A stretch of 64,000 nt of DNA from an uncultured Lachnospiraceae bacterium. Its GTDB lineage: Bacteria; Bacillota; Clostridia; Christensenellales; UBA1242. Every line of letters starts with the position of its first letter. Position 1 is the first letter of the stretch. The stretch spans positions 1,886 through 65,885 of the forward strand of contig CAYJCR010000004.1 of assembly GCA_964368755.1 (NCBI GenBank), in the 5' to 3' direction. Made by a program: the position numbers and the translations under genes. Positions 34,385 to 43,168 of this stretch are shown here, piece by piece. A model generated the notes under the pieces. It was not told the DNA's origin, did no database searches, and saw only the letters and a list, made by a program, of their open reading frames with translations.

Positions 34385-34515
34385 TTTTTTGGAGGAAGTA
34401 TGGTGTCTGTATCAATGATTGCTATCTATAAGTTAACAACAACCCGCAAGGGTTAAGGATTTTTTATGCAACAAATTGATAACAGAAATATTTAATAAAA
34501 TAAGGGAAAATAATT

Positions 34516-36270
34516 ATGGAAAAAGAAAAATTAGAAATGTATAGACATAGTATGAGTCATGTCCTTGCAAAGGCCGTAGGCGAGTTGTACAAAGATGTTA
34601 AGTTTGCCATTGGACCTTGTGTTGACAATGGATTCTACTATGATTTTGATATCCCAGAGAACCTCAAACCTGAGGACTGGGGCAAGATTGAACAAAAGAT
34701 GAGAGAGATCATCAATAGAGATGAGCCTTTTGTTCGCAAAGAGATTACTAGGGCAGAAGCTTTGAAGTTATTTGCTGAGCAACCATACAAAGTTGAACTT
34801 ATCAATGACCTTCCAGAAGATTCAATCATATCCATGTACTATCTTGGAGATGATTGGTTCGATTTGTGTCGTGGACCTCACGTTGAGAGCACAAAGTATT
34901 TGAGAGGTTTTGCATTCGAACTCAATCGTATTAGTGGTGCTTATTGGAGAGGAAGTGAGAAGAATAAGATGCTCCAAAGAGTGTATTGCTACGGATTTGC
35001 TGACAAACAAGAACTCAAAGACTACAAACATATGATAGAAGAGGCTCTAATGCGTGATCACAACAAGTTGGGTAGAGAACTCGAGTTATTTACCACTGTT
35101 GATGAAATAGGTCAAGGGCTACCTATTATGCTCCCAAAAGGCACGAAGATAATACAACTATTGCAGAGATTTGTCGAAGATGAAGAAGCAAAAAGAGGCT
35201 GGCAATTAACAAAGACTCCACTTATGGCAAAGAGTGATTTGTACAAGCGTTCTGGACACTGGGATCACTATCAAGATGGTATGTTCATTATGGGACAGGA
35301 AGGCAAAGATGAAGAAGTATTCGCACTTCGTCCTATGACTTGCCCATTCCAATATCAATGTTTCTTGAATAGACCTAGATCATATAGGGATCTTCCACTT
35401 AGGTATGACGAGACTTCGACGTTGTTTAGGAATGAAGCAAGTGGTGAGATGCATGGGCTTATCCGCGTAAGACAATTTACGATATCAGAAGGACACTTGA
35501 TGTGTACTCCTGACCAACTTGAAGATGAATTCAAGAGTTGTCTTGAGCTTGCTATATTTATGTTGAAAACTCTTGGTTTGTATGAAGATGCCTCGTATAG
35601 ATTCTCTCAATGGGATCCTAATGATAAAGCTAAGTACATTGGTACGGCTGAACAATGGAATGAAGCACAAGGCACAATGTATAAGATATTGGATCACCTC
35701 AAAGTTCCATATGTAGTAGGTGTCGGAGAAGCAGCATTCTATGGACCAAAACTTGACATTCAGATCAAGAATGTATGGGGCAAAGAAGATACTTTGATCA
35801 CAATACAGATTGACCAAATGCTTGCAGAGAAGTTCGATATGGAGTATGTTGACAAAGACGGAGTAAAACGTAATCCATATATCATACACAGAACGAGTAT
35901 TGGTTGTTACGAAAGGACTCTTGCATATCTTATCGAGAAATATGCTGGTGCATTCCCAATGTGGCTTGCTCCTGTTCAAATCAAGGTTATGAATATATCA
36001 GAGAACTCAGAAAAGTATGCAATGAAGATTTATGAGCAACTATTTGCCAAAGGCTATAGAGTTGAACTTGATAACAGAAATGAGAAGATTGGCAGGAAGA
36101 TAAGAGAAGCCCAACTTATGAAGATACCTTATATGCTTGTTGTTGGTGACAAAGAGATGCAAGATAAGACTGTCGCTGTTCGTAGTAGAAGAGATGGAGA
36201 TAAGGGTGTTATGAAACTCGCAGCTTTTGTCAAAGATATACAGAAAGAGATAGATTCAAAAGCAAGATAA
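34516..36270 (+). CDS. thrS: Threonine--tRNA ligase (short form lacking the N-terminal TGS domain)
   Basis: Begins at MEKEKLEMYRHSMSHVLAKAV, the HxxxH editing-domain motif that sits near residue 74 of B. subtilis ThrS. Class II motifs are present (FRNEASGEMHGLIRVRQFT, GEAAFYGPKLD), Zn ligands are conserved (TCP, EGH, IIHR), and there is a C-terminal anticodon-binding domain. Confidence 0.92.
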   Translation: MEKEKLEMYRHSMSHVLAKAVGELYKDVKFAIGPCVDNGFYYDFDIPENLKPEDWGKIEQKMREIINRDEPFVRKEITRAEALKLFAEQPYKVELINDLPEDSIISMYYLGDDWFDLCRGPHVESTKYLRGFAFELNRISGAYWRGSEKNKMLQRVYCYGFADKQELKDYKHMIEEALMRDHNKLGRELELFTTVDEIGQGLPIMLPKGTKIIQLLQRFVEDEEAKRGWQLTKTPLMAKSDLYKRSGHWDHYQDGMFIMGQEGKDEEVFALRPMTCPFQYQCFLNRPRSYRDLPLRYDETSTLFRNEASGEMHGLIRVRQFTISEGHLMCTPDQLEDEFKSCLELAIFMLKTLGLYEDASYRFSQWDPNDKAKYIGTAEQWNEAQGTMYKILDHLKVPYVVGVGEAAFYGPKLDIQIKNVWGKEDTLITIQIDQMLAEKFDMEYVDKDGVKRNPYIIHRTSIGCYERTLAYLIEKYAGAFPMWLAPVQIKVMNISENSEKYAMKIYEQLFAKGYRVELDNRNEKIGRKIREAQLMKIPYMLVVGDKEMQDKTVAVRSRRDGDKGVMKLAAFVKDIQKEIDSKAR

Positions 36271-36288
36271 AATTTTTGTAAAAATGTG

Positions 36289-36317
36289 TTGACAATATTA
36301 TCGCAACGTGATATTAT
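36289..36317 (+). promoter_or_regulatory. Sigma-A promoter of infC-rpmI-rplT operon
   Basis: TTGACA (36289-36294), 17 nt spacer, TATTAT (36312-36317). Confidence 0.7.
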
Positions 36318-36456
36318 GTTGTCATGTAAGTAGAAGTATCCACTTCTCACCGTGCGGCGAATCGTGCTAGCAATGGTTGTTATTAGGTTTTTTGAGTGAT
36401 ATTGAGTCACTCTTGAACATATATACGTGGATACTTAACTTAGTATCCACTTTTTT
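36318..36456 (+). ncRNA. L20-type ribosomal-protein leader with transcription attenuator
   Basis: The terminator is GTGGATACT / AGTATCCAC (36427-36450) plus T6. A second upstream copy of AGTATCCAC (about 36335-36343) can pair alternatively with GTGGATACT. This matches the Firmicute infC leader architecture. Confidence 0.65.
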
Positions 36457-36508
36457 ATTCAAGTGGGGACAAGAGTTATTTCTAATACGATAAAGGGGGA
36501 ATACCACT

Positions 36509-37015
36509 ATTAAAGACCAATTAATTAATCACGAAATTAATTTGCCTAGTATCCGTCTTGTAGGCGAGAATGGCGAACAACTTGGAATTGTTTCTTCATC
36601 AGAAGGCAACAGAATAGCAGATGAGCAAGAGCTTGACCTTGTGTTGATCTCTCCAGCCGCTAATCCACCTGTATGCAAACTTATGAATTATGGCAAGTTT
36701 AAGTTCGAACAAGCCAAGAAACTCAAAGAGCAGAAGAAAGCTCAGAAGATCACAGAGATCAAGGAGTTGCAGTTGTCTATGACTATCGAGAAGCACGATA
36801 TCGAAGTTAGAGTCAAGCAAGCAAAGAAGTTCCTTGATGCTGACAATAAGGTTAAACTAACCATCAGAATGCACGGAAGACAACAAGCTAGACCAGAAGC
36901 TGGCGTAGAAGTAATGAATAATTTCTTTGAGCAAGTAAGTGATTGTAGCGTTATTGAGAAGCCTGCTGAAATAATGGGTAGGAATATCACAATGGTTTTG
37001 GGACCAAAAAAATAA
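36509..37015 (+). CDS. infC: Translation initiation factor IF-3 (non-canonical ATT start)
   Basis: The reading frame is open from 36494. ATT at 36509 lies 9 nt after GGGGG and yields IKDQLINHEINLPSIRLVGENGEQLGIV, a typical IF-3 N-terminus. The track TTG start at 36542 would remove conserved residues. Confidence 0.85.
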   Translation: MKDQLINHEINLPSIRLVGENGEQLGIVSSSEGNRIADEQELDLVLISPAANPPVCKLMNYGKFKFEQAKKLKEQKKAQKITEIKELQLSMTIEKHDIEVRVKQAKKFLDADNKVKLTIRMHGRQQARPEAGVEVMNNFFEQVSDCSVIEKPAEIMGRNITMVLGPKK

Positions 37016-37038
37016 TATTTATTTAAGGAGAAATTATC

Positions 37039-37233
37039 ATGCCTAAGCAAAAAACAAACAGTTCTGCAAAGAAAAGATTTACTGTAAAGAAATCTGGTAT
37101 CATCAAAGGCTCACATCAGGGCAGAAGACACATTCTAACAAAGAAAACAACAAAGCGTAAACGCGATTTGAGAAAAGGTGCATATGTAGCCCCAACTCAA
37201 GCAAAAACTATCAAGAAATTGGTACAAGGTTAA
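37039..37233 (+). CDS. rpmI: 50S ribosomal protein L35
   Basis: [36 protein letters not shown]..., a typical L35. RBS AAGGAG. Confidence 0.95.
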   Translation: MPKQKTNSSAKKRFTVKKSGIIKGSHQGRRHILTKKTTKRKRDLRKGAYVAPTQAKTIKKLVQG

Positions 37234-37248
37234 AAAGGAGAGACAACG

Positions 37249-37602
37249 ATGAGAATAAAGAGAAGCGTTAACGCATTAAAGAAACGTAGAAGTATACTTA
37301 AAGCAGCCAAAGGTTATAGAGGCTCTAAGTCAAAGTTATATAGAGTTGCAACTGAGCAAGTAATGAAGAGTGGACAATACGCCTTCGCTGGAAGAAAACT
37401 TAAGAAGAGAGATTTCCGTAGCCTATGGATTGCTCGTATCAATGCAGCTTGCAGACTTAATGATATATCTTACAGTAAGTTTATGCATGGCTTGAAGAGT
37501 GCCAATATTACTCTTAACCGCAAAGTACTTGCAGAGATGGCTATTAGTGATCCATCTGCATTCGCTACTTTGGCAGAAACTGCTAAGAAATCAGCAAAGT
37601 AA
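37249..37602 (+). CDS. rplT: 50S ribosomal protein L20
   Basis: [34 protein letters not shown]..., a typical L20. Confidence 0.95.
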   Translation: MRIKRSVNALKKRRSILKAAKGYRGSKSKLYRVATEQVMKSGQYAFAGRKLKKRDFRSLWIARINAACRLNDISYSKFMHGLKSANITLNRKVLAEMAISDPSAFATLAETAKKSAK

Positions 37603-37615
37603 TTATTCAAAACTT

Positions 37616-37643
37616 TGACAAGTCAATTGACTTGTCATTTTTT
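37616..37643 (+). terminator. Intrinsic terminator after rplT
   Basis: Stem TGACAAGTC / GACTTGTCA, loop AATT, T6. Confidence 0.75.
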
Positions 37644-37668
37644 GGTATAAAGAAGAGGAGTCTTTTGT

Positions 37669-38409
37669 ATGAAAAAAATCACTTCTGTTACAAATCCAAT
37701 AATCAAAGAAGTACTTGACCAGAAATCTGGCAAGTCGGACTATATCATAGTCGATGGAATCAAACTCATCACAGATGCTATCAACAATGGCATCATGATA
37801 GAGAAGTTGTTCATTAGCTCTGATAATTGTAGTAAGTACTTATACTTAACGAAGTGTGCTAAAGAGTCGTATGAGATATCTGATAATGTACTATCCAAAC
37901 TATCTTACACGAACTCTCCACAAGGTATTATGGCTCAAATTGTGGCAAGAAAGTGTGATTTTTGCCACCCTATTGGTAATTGCATAGTACTTGACCATAT
38001 ACAAGACCCAGGCAACCTTGGGACTATTATTCGTACTGCATTAGCAGCCAATTATACCGACGTTATTTGTATTGACTGTGCAAGTCACAAGTCAGACAAA
38101 GTAGTAAGGGCAAGCGCAGGCGCTATAATGAATATCAATGTTGTAGCAGTAACAAAAGAGACTTTCTGCAAGACATACAGTGCTTGGGGATTGCCATTAT
38201 ATTGTGCTGATATGGATGGTAAGGATATATACGACTTTGTTCCAGCCAAGCAGTATGGGATTGTTATTGGCAATGAAGGACAGGGTGTATCTTGTGAGAT
38301 ACAAGCACTTGCAACGGACAGGATTTCTATCCCAATGAATAGCAAGATCGAATCGTTGAATGCAGGTGTAAGTGCAAGTATAATCATGTATTTACTTGCA
38401 AGCAAATAA
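37669..38409 (+). CDS. TrmH/SpoU-family RNA 2'-O-methyltransferase (YsgA-like)
   Basis: SPOUT motifs LDHIQDPGNLGTIIRTA, GNEGQGVS and IPMNSKIESLNAGVSASIIMY. Same position after rplT as B. subtilis ysgA. Confidence 0.85.
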   Translation: MKKITSVTNPIIKEVLDQKSGKSDYIIVDGIKLITDAINNGIMIEKLFISSDNCSKYLYLTKCAKESYEISDNVLSKLSYTNSPQGIMAQIVARKCDFCHPIGNCIVLDHIQDPGNLGTIIRTALAANYTDVICIDCASHKSDKVVRASAGAIMNINVVAVTKETFCKTYSAWGLPLYCADMDGKDIYDFVPAKQYGIVIGNEGQGVSCEIQALATDRISIPMNSKIESLNAGVSASIIMYLLASK

Positions 38410-38488
38410 TATTTTGTATCAAAATATTTGCATTATGATATATAATTGTGTAAAATTACAGTAACTAATATAGAGGAGAATTATTTAG

Positions 38489-39235
38489 ATGTCAGGACAT
38501 AGCAAATGGGCGAACATTAGAAGAACCAAAGGCAAGAATGATGCAGCACGTGGGCAAGTATTCACAAAAATAGGTAGAGAATTGGCAGTAGCTGTCAAGC
38601 AAGGTGGACCTGACCCTGCATCTAACTCACGTCTTCGTGATTGTATAGCAAAGGCAAAGCAGAATAATATGCCTAATGATACAATTACTAGGAGTATAAA
38701 GAAGGCAAGTGGCGAACTTGGCAACATCAACTATGAAGAGATAACATACGAAGGTTATGGTATTGGTGGTAGTGCTGTTATAGTCAAATGTCTTACTGAC
38801 AATAAGAATCGTACAGCAGGAGATGTTAGACACTCTTTTGACAAACTCGGTGGTAGTCTAGGCTCAACTGGTTGCGTATCATATCTATTTGATAACAAAG
38901 GTATGCTCGAGTTGCCAAAACCTATTAAGATGGATGAAGATGAGTTCATTATGACTTGTCTTGAAGCAGAAGCTGATGATGTTGTTGATGAGGAAGATTG
39001 CTATACAATCATTACTTCACCATCGAACTATTCTTCAGTTAAAGAGACTCTTGAAGGCAAAGGTTTTGTATTCGATGCAGCAGAAGTTAGACTTATTCCA
39101 CAGAGTTATCTTGATTTGACGCAAGAACAAGAAGGCACTTTCTTGAAGCTTATTGACAAACTTGAAGAGCTTGATGATGTCCAAGAAGTATACCACAATG
39201 TCAACATTCGTTTTGATGAAGGTGATGATGAATAA
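38489..39235 (+). CDS. yebC: YebC/PmpR-family DNA-binding regulator
   Basis: Canonical N-terminus MSGHSKWANIRRTKGKNDAARGQVFTK. 248 aa. Confidence 0.93.
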   Translation: MSGHSKWANIRRTKGKNDAARGQVFTKIGRELAVAVKQGGPDPASNSRLRDCIAKAKQNNMPNDTITRSIKKASGELGNINYEEITYEGYGIGGSAVIVKCLTDNKNRTAGDVRHSFDKLGGSLGSTGCVSYLFDNKGMLELPKPIKMDEDEFIMTCLEAEADDVVDEEDCYTIITSPSNYSSVKETLEGKGFVFDAAEVRLIPQSYLDLTQEQEGTFLKLIDKLEELDDVQEVYHNVNIRFDEGDDE

Positions 39236-39241
39236 AAAAAA

Positions 39242-39292
39242 CTACTAGTCAAGAGGCTAGTAGCCAAACACAGATTTGTTCTGTGTTTTTTT
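39242..39292. terminator. Back-to-back convergent terminators (yebC on +, orphan operon on -)
   Basis: Hairpin 1 is CTACTAG / CTAGTAG preceded by A8, which reads as a T-run on the minus strand. Hairpin 2 is AACACAG / CTGTGTT followed by T7 on the plus strand. Confidence 0.7.
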
Positions 39293-39842
39293 ATTGTTCT
39301 TCAGCAGGGAAGTAGAATGATACATTATTCTCATCAAGTGGGTATGGATAGATGGTGTCTCTGAGTGAAGTATTCCTTACATTCTTTCTAAGGTATGGAG
39401 AAGCTTCTTCAAGAGTTTTGTACTCACAATCTTCACCTAAGAATCCACAACCATTGAGTTCATTAGAAGTTTTGTTAGCTGCTTCAATCAGTTTTTGCTC
39501 AATTATTTTGAGTTCTTCGTGAGAATATATAACATTATTCTCATTTGGGTTTCTTTTGTAAATCTGATAGATTGATTGTAGAATCTTCTCATCTTCGATT
39601 CTCTGTTGTTTGATATCATTTTCTCCATTGATTTTTGCTTGTTGTGCGCGATATTGTTTAAGATTCTCCGCAATGATATCTTTTGAATACAATTCCCAGG
39701 AGTTCTCTGGTTGATGTGTTGATGGGTCAGTATATTCTTCGAGATACATGAACATATTACTCAACGAACCTTTATAATACTCATCTGGTACTTCACCAAA
39801 CATTTCTATCAAACATCTTTCAAAATATGACAACTCGTCCAT
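39291..39842 (-). CDS. Hypothetical acidic protein (183 aa), second gene of orphan minus-strand operon
   Basis: RBS AGGAGAAAG lies 5 nt upstream, 11 nt after the stop of the upstream gene. No TM segment and no motif I recognise (MDELSYFERCLIEMFGEVPDEYYKG...). Confidence 0.7.
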   Translation of the reverse strand: MDELSYFERCLIEMFGEVPDEYYKGSLSNMFMYLEEYTDPSTHQPENSWELYSKDIIAENLKQYRAQQAKINGENDIKQQRIEDEKILQSIYQIYKRNPNENNVIYSHEELKIIEQKLIEAANKTSNELNGCGFLGEDCEYKTLEEASPYLRKNVRNTSLRDTIYPYPLDENNVSFYFPAEEQ

Positions 39843-39853
39843 AATTCTTTCTC

Positions 39854-40867
39854 CTATTCTTCATCTTGTGCAATCGCTTTATCAAAGTGATCATCAGTTT
39901 TGTCTACGGCGTATTTGAGACTGACATCTTCGATAGAAGATTCGTCTTCACAACCACTAGCTTGGAATATTTGTATAGCCTGTTTCATAGCTGATTTGTA
40001 ATCCCCGAACTTTGTTCTATCAGGATCTAAAGGAAGCTGGCCTCTGATTGAAAGTAATTGGTTGGTGCAAGTAACATAATTCTTCATTACATCTGGTATC
40101 TCGGCTTTAACTCCATCTATTGTGTACAAAGCCTCTTTGTTCTGTTTGTATTCGTTCAAAGCCTCAATATAAGTATCGTTGTTTGCTTCGATGTCTTCGT
40201 TAACAATAGCGATTGCAGATATTGTCTCGTCAAGTAGGTAGGTATCTTTGTCATCAAGTTCGCTTGCAAGGCCGGTGACTTTGCCGAATGTTGATTGTCC
40301 ATTCTTGTATGATAGCAAAGTGTCTTGGATAGCACCCAAAGCTTCGATTGCAGAGATGTCAGATGTTCTCATCAATTCTGCTTGCTTGTCAAATAATCTG
40401 ATTACTTCTATCTTAAATGGAGAAAATTCAAATCTCGTGTTAAATAGTGGTGTTACAAATCTATCTCTAACAATGTGCACTGTACTAGGAGTTTTTGTTA
40501 CATCACACATAGCGTGATTGGATGAACTTAATTGTAGATATAGACTTTTTGTCTCCTTCTCAGCGATATTCAAAAGTCTTGTAAGAGTCTTATCTGTTGA
40601 TGACAAACTAATCGGAGTAATTGTCTTCTTGTAATAGTCTTTGATTATATTCTTTGATTGTTCAATCTGATATTTGATTGTTGATAATGTCAAGTACTTC
40701 GATGATGTTGTCTGTTGTATTGCATTCTTTCGATAATTAATAATCTGAGTTATCAAATCTTTTTTCTTAGTTGTGATCTGTGTAGGTACGAGGCCGTCGT
40801 ATGGGTCGGAGGAGGTGCCGCTATCCTCACTACTGCTATTTGTCCACCAATAATTATTCGAGCTCAT
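39854..40867 (-). CDS. Hypothetical acidic protein (337 aa), first gene of orphan minus-strand operon
   Basis: RBS GGAGGT lies 6 nt upstream of the ATG and a near-consensus promoter lies upstream. Ser-rich N-terminus (MSSNNYWWTNSSSEDSGTSSDPYDG), no TM segment, no recognisable catalytic motif. Confidence 0.7.
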   Translation of the reverse strand: MSSNNYWWTNSSSEDSGTSSDPYDGLVPTQITTKKKDLITQIINYRKNAIQQTTSSKYLTLSTIKYQIEQSKNIIKDYYKKTITPISLSSTDKTLTRLLNIAEKETKSLYLQLSSSNHAMCDVTKTPSTVHIVRDRFVTPLFNTRFEFSPFKIEVIRLFDKQAELMRTSDISAIEALGAIQDTLLSYKNGQSTFGKVTGLASELDDKDTYLLDETISAIAIVNEDIEANNDTYIEALNEYKQNKEALYTIDGVKAEIPDVMKNYVTCTNQLLSIRGQLPLDPDRTKFGDYKSAMKQAIQIFQASGCEDESSIEDVSLKYAVDKTDDHFDKAIAQDEE

Positions 40868-40897
40868 CTACAAACCTCCAACACTATAATTTGAGTT

Positions 40898-40926
40898 ATT
40901 ATACAATATAAAGTCGTTTATTGCAA
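40898..40926 (-). promoter_or_regulatory. Near-consensus sigma-A promoter of the orphan minus-strand operon
   Basis: On the minus strand: TTGCAA (40926-40921), 17 nt spacer, TATAAT (40903-40898). Confidence 0.7.
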
Positions 40927-40961
40927 CCCCAATTTTTATTTTTTGTATCAGAGATATTGAT

Positions 40962-40990
40962 TTGACTAACTTTCTAATAGTGTGTACAAT
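40962..40990 (+). promoter_or_regulatory. Sigma-A promoter of ruvCAB-queA-tgt operon
   Basis: TTGACT (40962-40967), 17 nt spacer, TACAAT (40985-40990). Divergent from the minus-strand promoter. Confidence 0.65.
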
Positions 40991-41018
40991 ATTCTTATAC
41001 TAATGTGAAGGAGTATCG

Positions 41019-41510
41019 ATGATAATATTAGGTATCGACCCAGGTCTTGCAACAATAGGCTATGGTGTCATTGAGAAAAATAATTGTGGTATCAAAGTCA
41101 TTGATTACGGCACAATTGACACGCCCAAGACTGAACGGATTGCAACTAGACTTGCAATGATATATGACGGTATGGTGGCTTTGATTGACAAATTTAAGCC
41201 AGATTGTGTTGCTATCGAAGAGTTGTTCTTCTTTCGCAACCAGACTACTATTATTCCAGTTGGACAAGCAAGGGGCGTTATTGTGCTTGCTTGCATTCAA
41301 CGTATGGGTAATTTGTTTGAATATACTCCGTTGCAGATAAAACAAGCACTCACAGGTAATGGAAGGGCTGAGAAGAAGCAAGTGCAATATATGGTGCAGA
41401 CGATTTTGGGTCTTGCAAAGATGCCCAAGCCTGATGATGCAGCCGATGCTCTTGCTGTAGCAATAACTCATAGTCAGACGAATAACAAGATAAGTAACAA
41501 TCAGATATAG
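41019..41510 (+). CDS. ruvC: Crossover junction endodeoxyribonuclease RuvC
   Basis: MIILGIDPGLATIGYGVI (catalytic Asp), EELFF, and DAADALAVAITH C-terminal catalytic motif. Confidence 0.93.
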   Translation: MIILGIDPGLATIGYGVIEKNNCGIKVIDYGTIDTPKTERIATRLAMIYDGMVALIDKFKPDCVAIEELFFFRNQTTIIPVGQARGVIVLACIQRMGNLFEYTPLQIKQALTGNGRAEKKQVQYMVQTILGLAKMPKPDDAADALAVAITHSQTNNKISNNQI

Positions 41511-41519
41511 GAGAGAATT

Positions 41520-42107
41520 ATGTTCGCATACATGATAGGAACAATAGAATACAAGAAAGACAATCTTTTGATACTTGAGAACAATGGCATTGGCTATGAG
41601 CTTACTGTATCCAACAATACTCTTGCTAGTCTTCCAGCTGAGCATGAAGAGATAAAGGTCTACACTTATATGCAAGTGAGGGAAGATGGCATATCTATTT
41701 ATGGCTTTGAATCTTTGGAAGAAAAGGATTTGTTCCTCAAACTTATATCTGTTACGGGTGTTGGCCCAAAGGCAGCAATATCAATTCTATCAGGAGTTGC
41801 ATTAACAGACCTTAGTGTGGCAATAGCCAAAGAAGATATCAAGACTTTGTCCAATATCAAAGGTATTGGTCGTAAGACAGCAGAGCGTATAATACTTGAA
41901 TTGAAAGATAAGATTGATATACTTGGAACAATAGGTGTGACTCAAGAGGCGATCGTTGATACTCCTGCTATCGAAGACGCAATCAATGTATTGAGTAGTC
42001 TAGGTATCAACAAGAATGAGGCTCTCAAGCTAGCACGAAACAATGCCAAACCTAACAGCACTGCTGAGCAGATCATTGCCTTGGCTTTAAGGGGGCTCAA
42101 TAACTAA
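41520..42107 (+). CDS. ruvA: Holliday junction branch migration complex subunit RuvA
   Basis: MFAYMIGTI..., HhH motifs ([17 protein letters not shown]; [13 protein letters not shown]), C-terminal domain III. Confidence 0.92.
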   Translation: MFAYMIGTIEYKKDNLLILENNGIGYELTVSNNTLASLPAEHEEIKVYTYMQVREDGISIYGFESLEEKDLFLKLISVTGVGPKAAISILSGVALTDLSVAIAKEDIKTLSNIKGIGRKTAERIILELKDKIDILGTIGVTQEAIVDTPAIEDAINVLSSLGINKNEALKLARNNAKPNSTAEQIIALALRGLNN

Positions 42108-43168
42108 TGGAAGATATGGATAACAGATTGTTTACAAGCACAAAGAATTTAACAGATGCTGAAGTAGAGAATACATTAAGACCAACAACACTTGATGATT
42201 ATGTTGGCCAGAAGAAGATTGTGTCCAACTTGAGAGTATATATTCAGGCTGCGAAGAATAGAAAGGAAGCACTTGATCACGTACTACTATATGGACCACC
42301 AGGATTAGGCAAGACAACCCTTGCTCACATCATAGCTAATGAACTTGGTAGTCAGATCAAGATAGTGTCAGGACCAACTATTGAGCACGCAGCAGACCTA
42401 GCAGCAATACTAACCAATCTTAACAAAAATGATGTATTGTTCGTAGATGAGATACATAGACTCAACCGTACTGTAGAAGAGATACTTTATCCTGCTATGG
42501 AAGACTATGCTCTTGACTTTATAGTGGGCAAGGGCCCATCTGCTCGTAATATGAGACTTAAGATACAACCATTTACTTTGGTAGGTGCTACTACAAGGGC
42601 TGGTAATCTTACTTCACCATTGAGAGATAGATTCGGTATAATATCTAGACTTGAATTGTATGATACAAGTGAGTTGGCTGTTATAATAACTAGAAGTGCA
42701 AGTATCCTCAATATAGAGATAGATGCACAAGCTGTTAACGAACTAGCTAAGCGTAGTCGTGGCACTCCACGTATAGCCAATAGATTGCTCAAACGTGTAA
42801 GAGATTTTGCTGAAGTCAAAGGCGATGGCAATATCAGTCTTAGTCTTGCCAAAGAAGCTCTTAATCTTATGGATATAGACGAATTGGGACTTGACTTTAT
42901 TGATAGACGTATTATACTTGCTATCATCAATAAGTTTGGTGGTGGACCAGTTGGACTTGATACTTTGGCGGCGGCTACGGGAGAAGAAGGCGTTACTATC
43001 GAAGACGTATACGAACCATATCTTCTTCAACTAGGATTTATAGCTCGTACTCCAAGGGGCAGAATAGCTCTTCCTGCCTGTTATAAGCATCTTGGGATTG
43101 CTCTTGATGAGAACAAATTACAATTGATTAACAATATGACAAAAGGCACAAATAATGGAATTAACTAA
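42107..43168 (+). CDS. ruvB: Holliday junction ATP-dependent DNA helicase RuvB
   Basis: [12 protein letters not shown], Walker [12 protein letters not shown], Walker [22 protein letters not shown]. Confidence 0.95.
   Translation: MEDMDNRLFTSTKNLTDAEVENTLRPTTLDDYVGQKKIVSNLRVYIQAAKNRKEALDHVLLYGPPGLGKTTLAHIIANELGSQIKIVSGPTIEHAADLAAILTNLNKNDVLFVDEIHRLNRTVEEILYPAMEDYALDFIVGKGPSARNMRLKIQPFTLVGATTRAGNLTSPLRDRFGIISRLELYDTSELAVIITRSASILNIEIDAQAVNELAKRSRGTPRIANRLLKRVRDFAEVKGDGNISLSLAKEALNLMDIDELGLDFIDRRIILAIINKFGGGPVGLDTLAAATGEEGVTIEDVYEPYLLQLGFIARTPRGRIALPACYKHLGIALDENKLQLINNMTKGTNNGIN

Noticed and set aside
41028-41675. 215-aa minus-strand ORF
   Set aside because: It is antisense to ruvC and ruvA. 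It is Cys/His/Leu-rich nonsense without translation signals.
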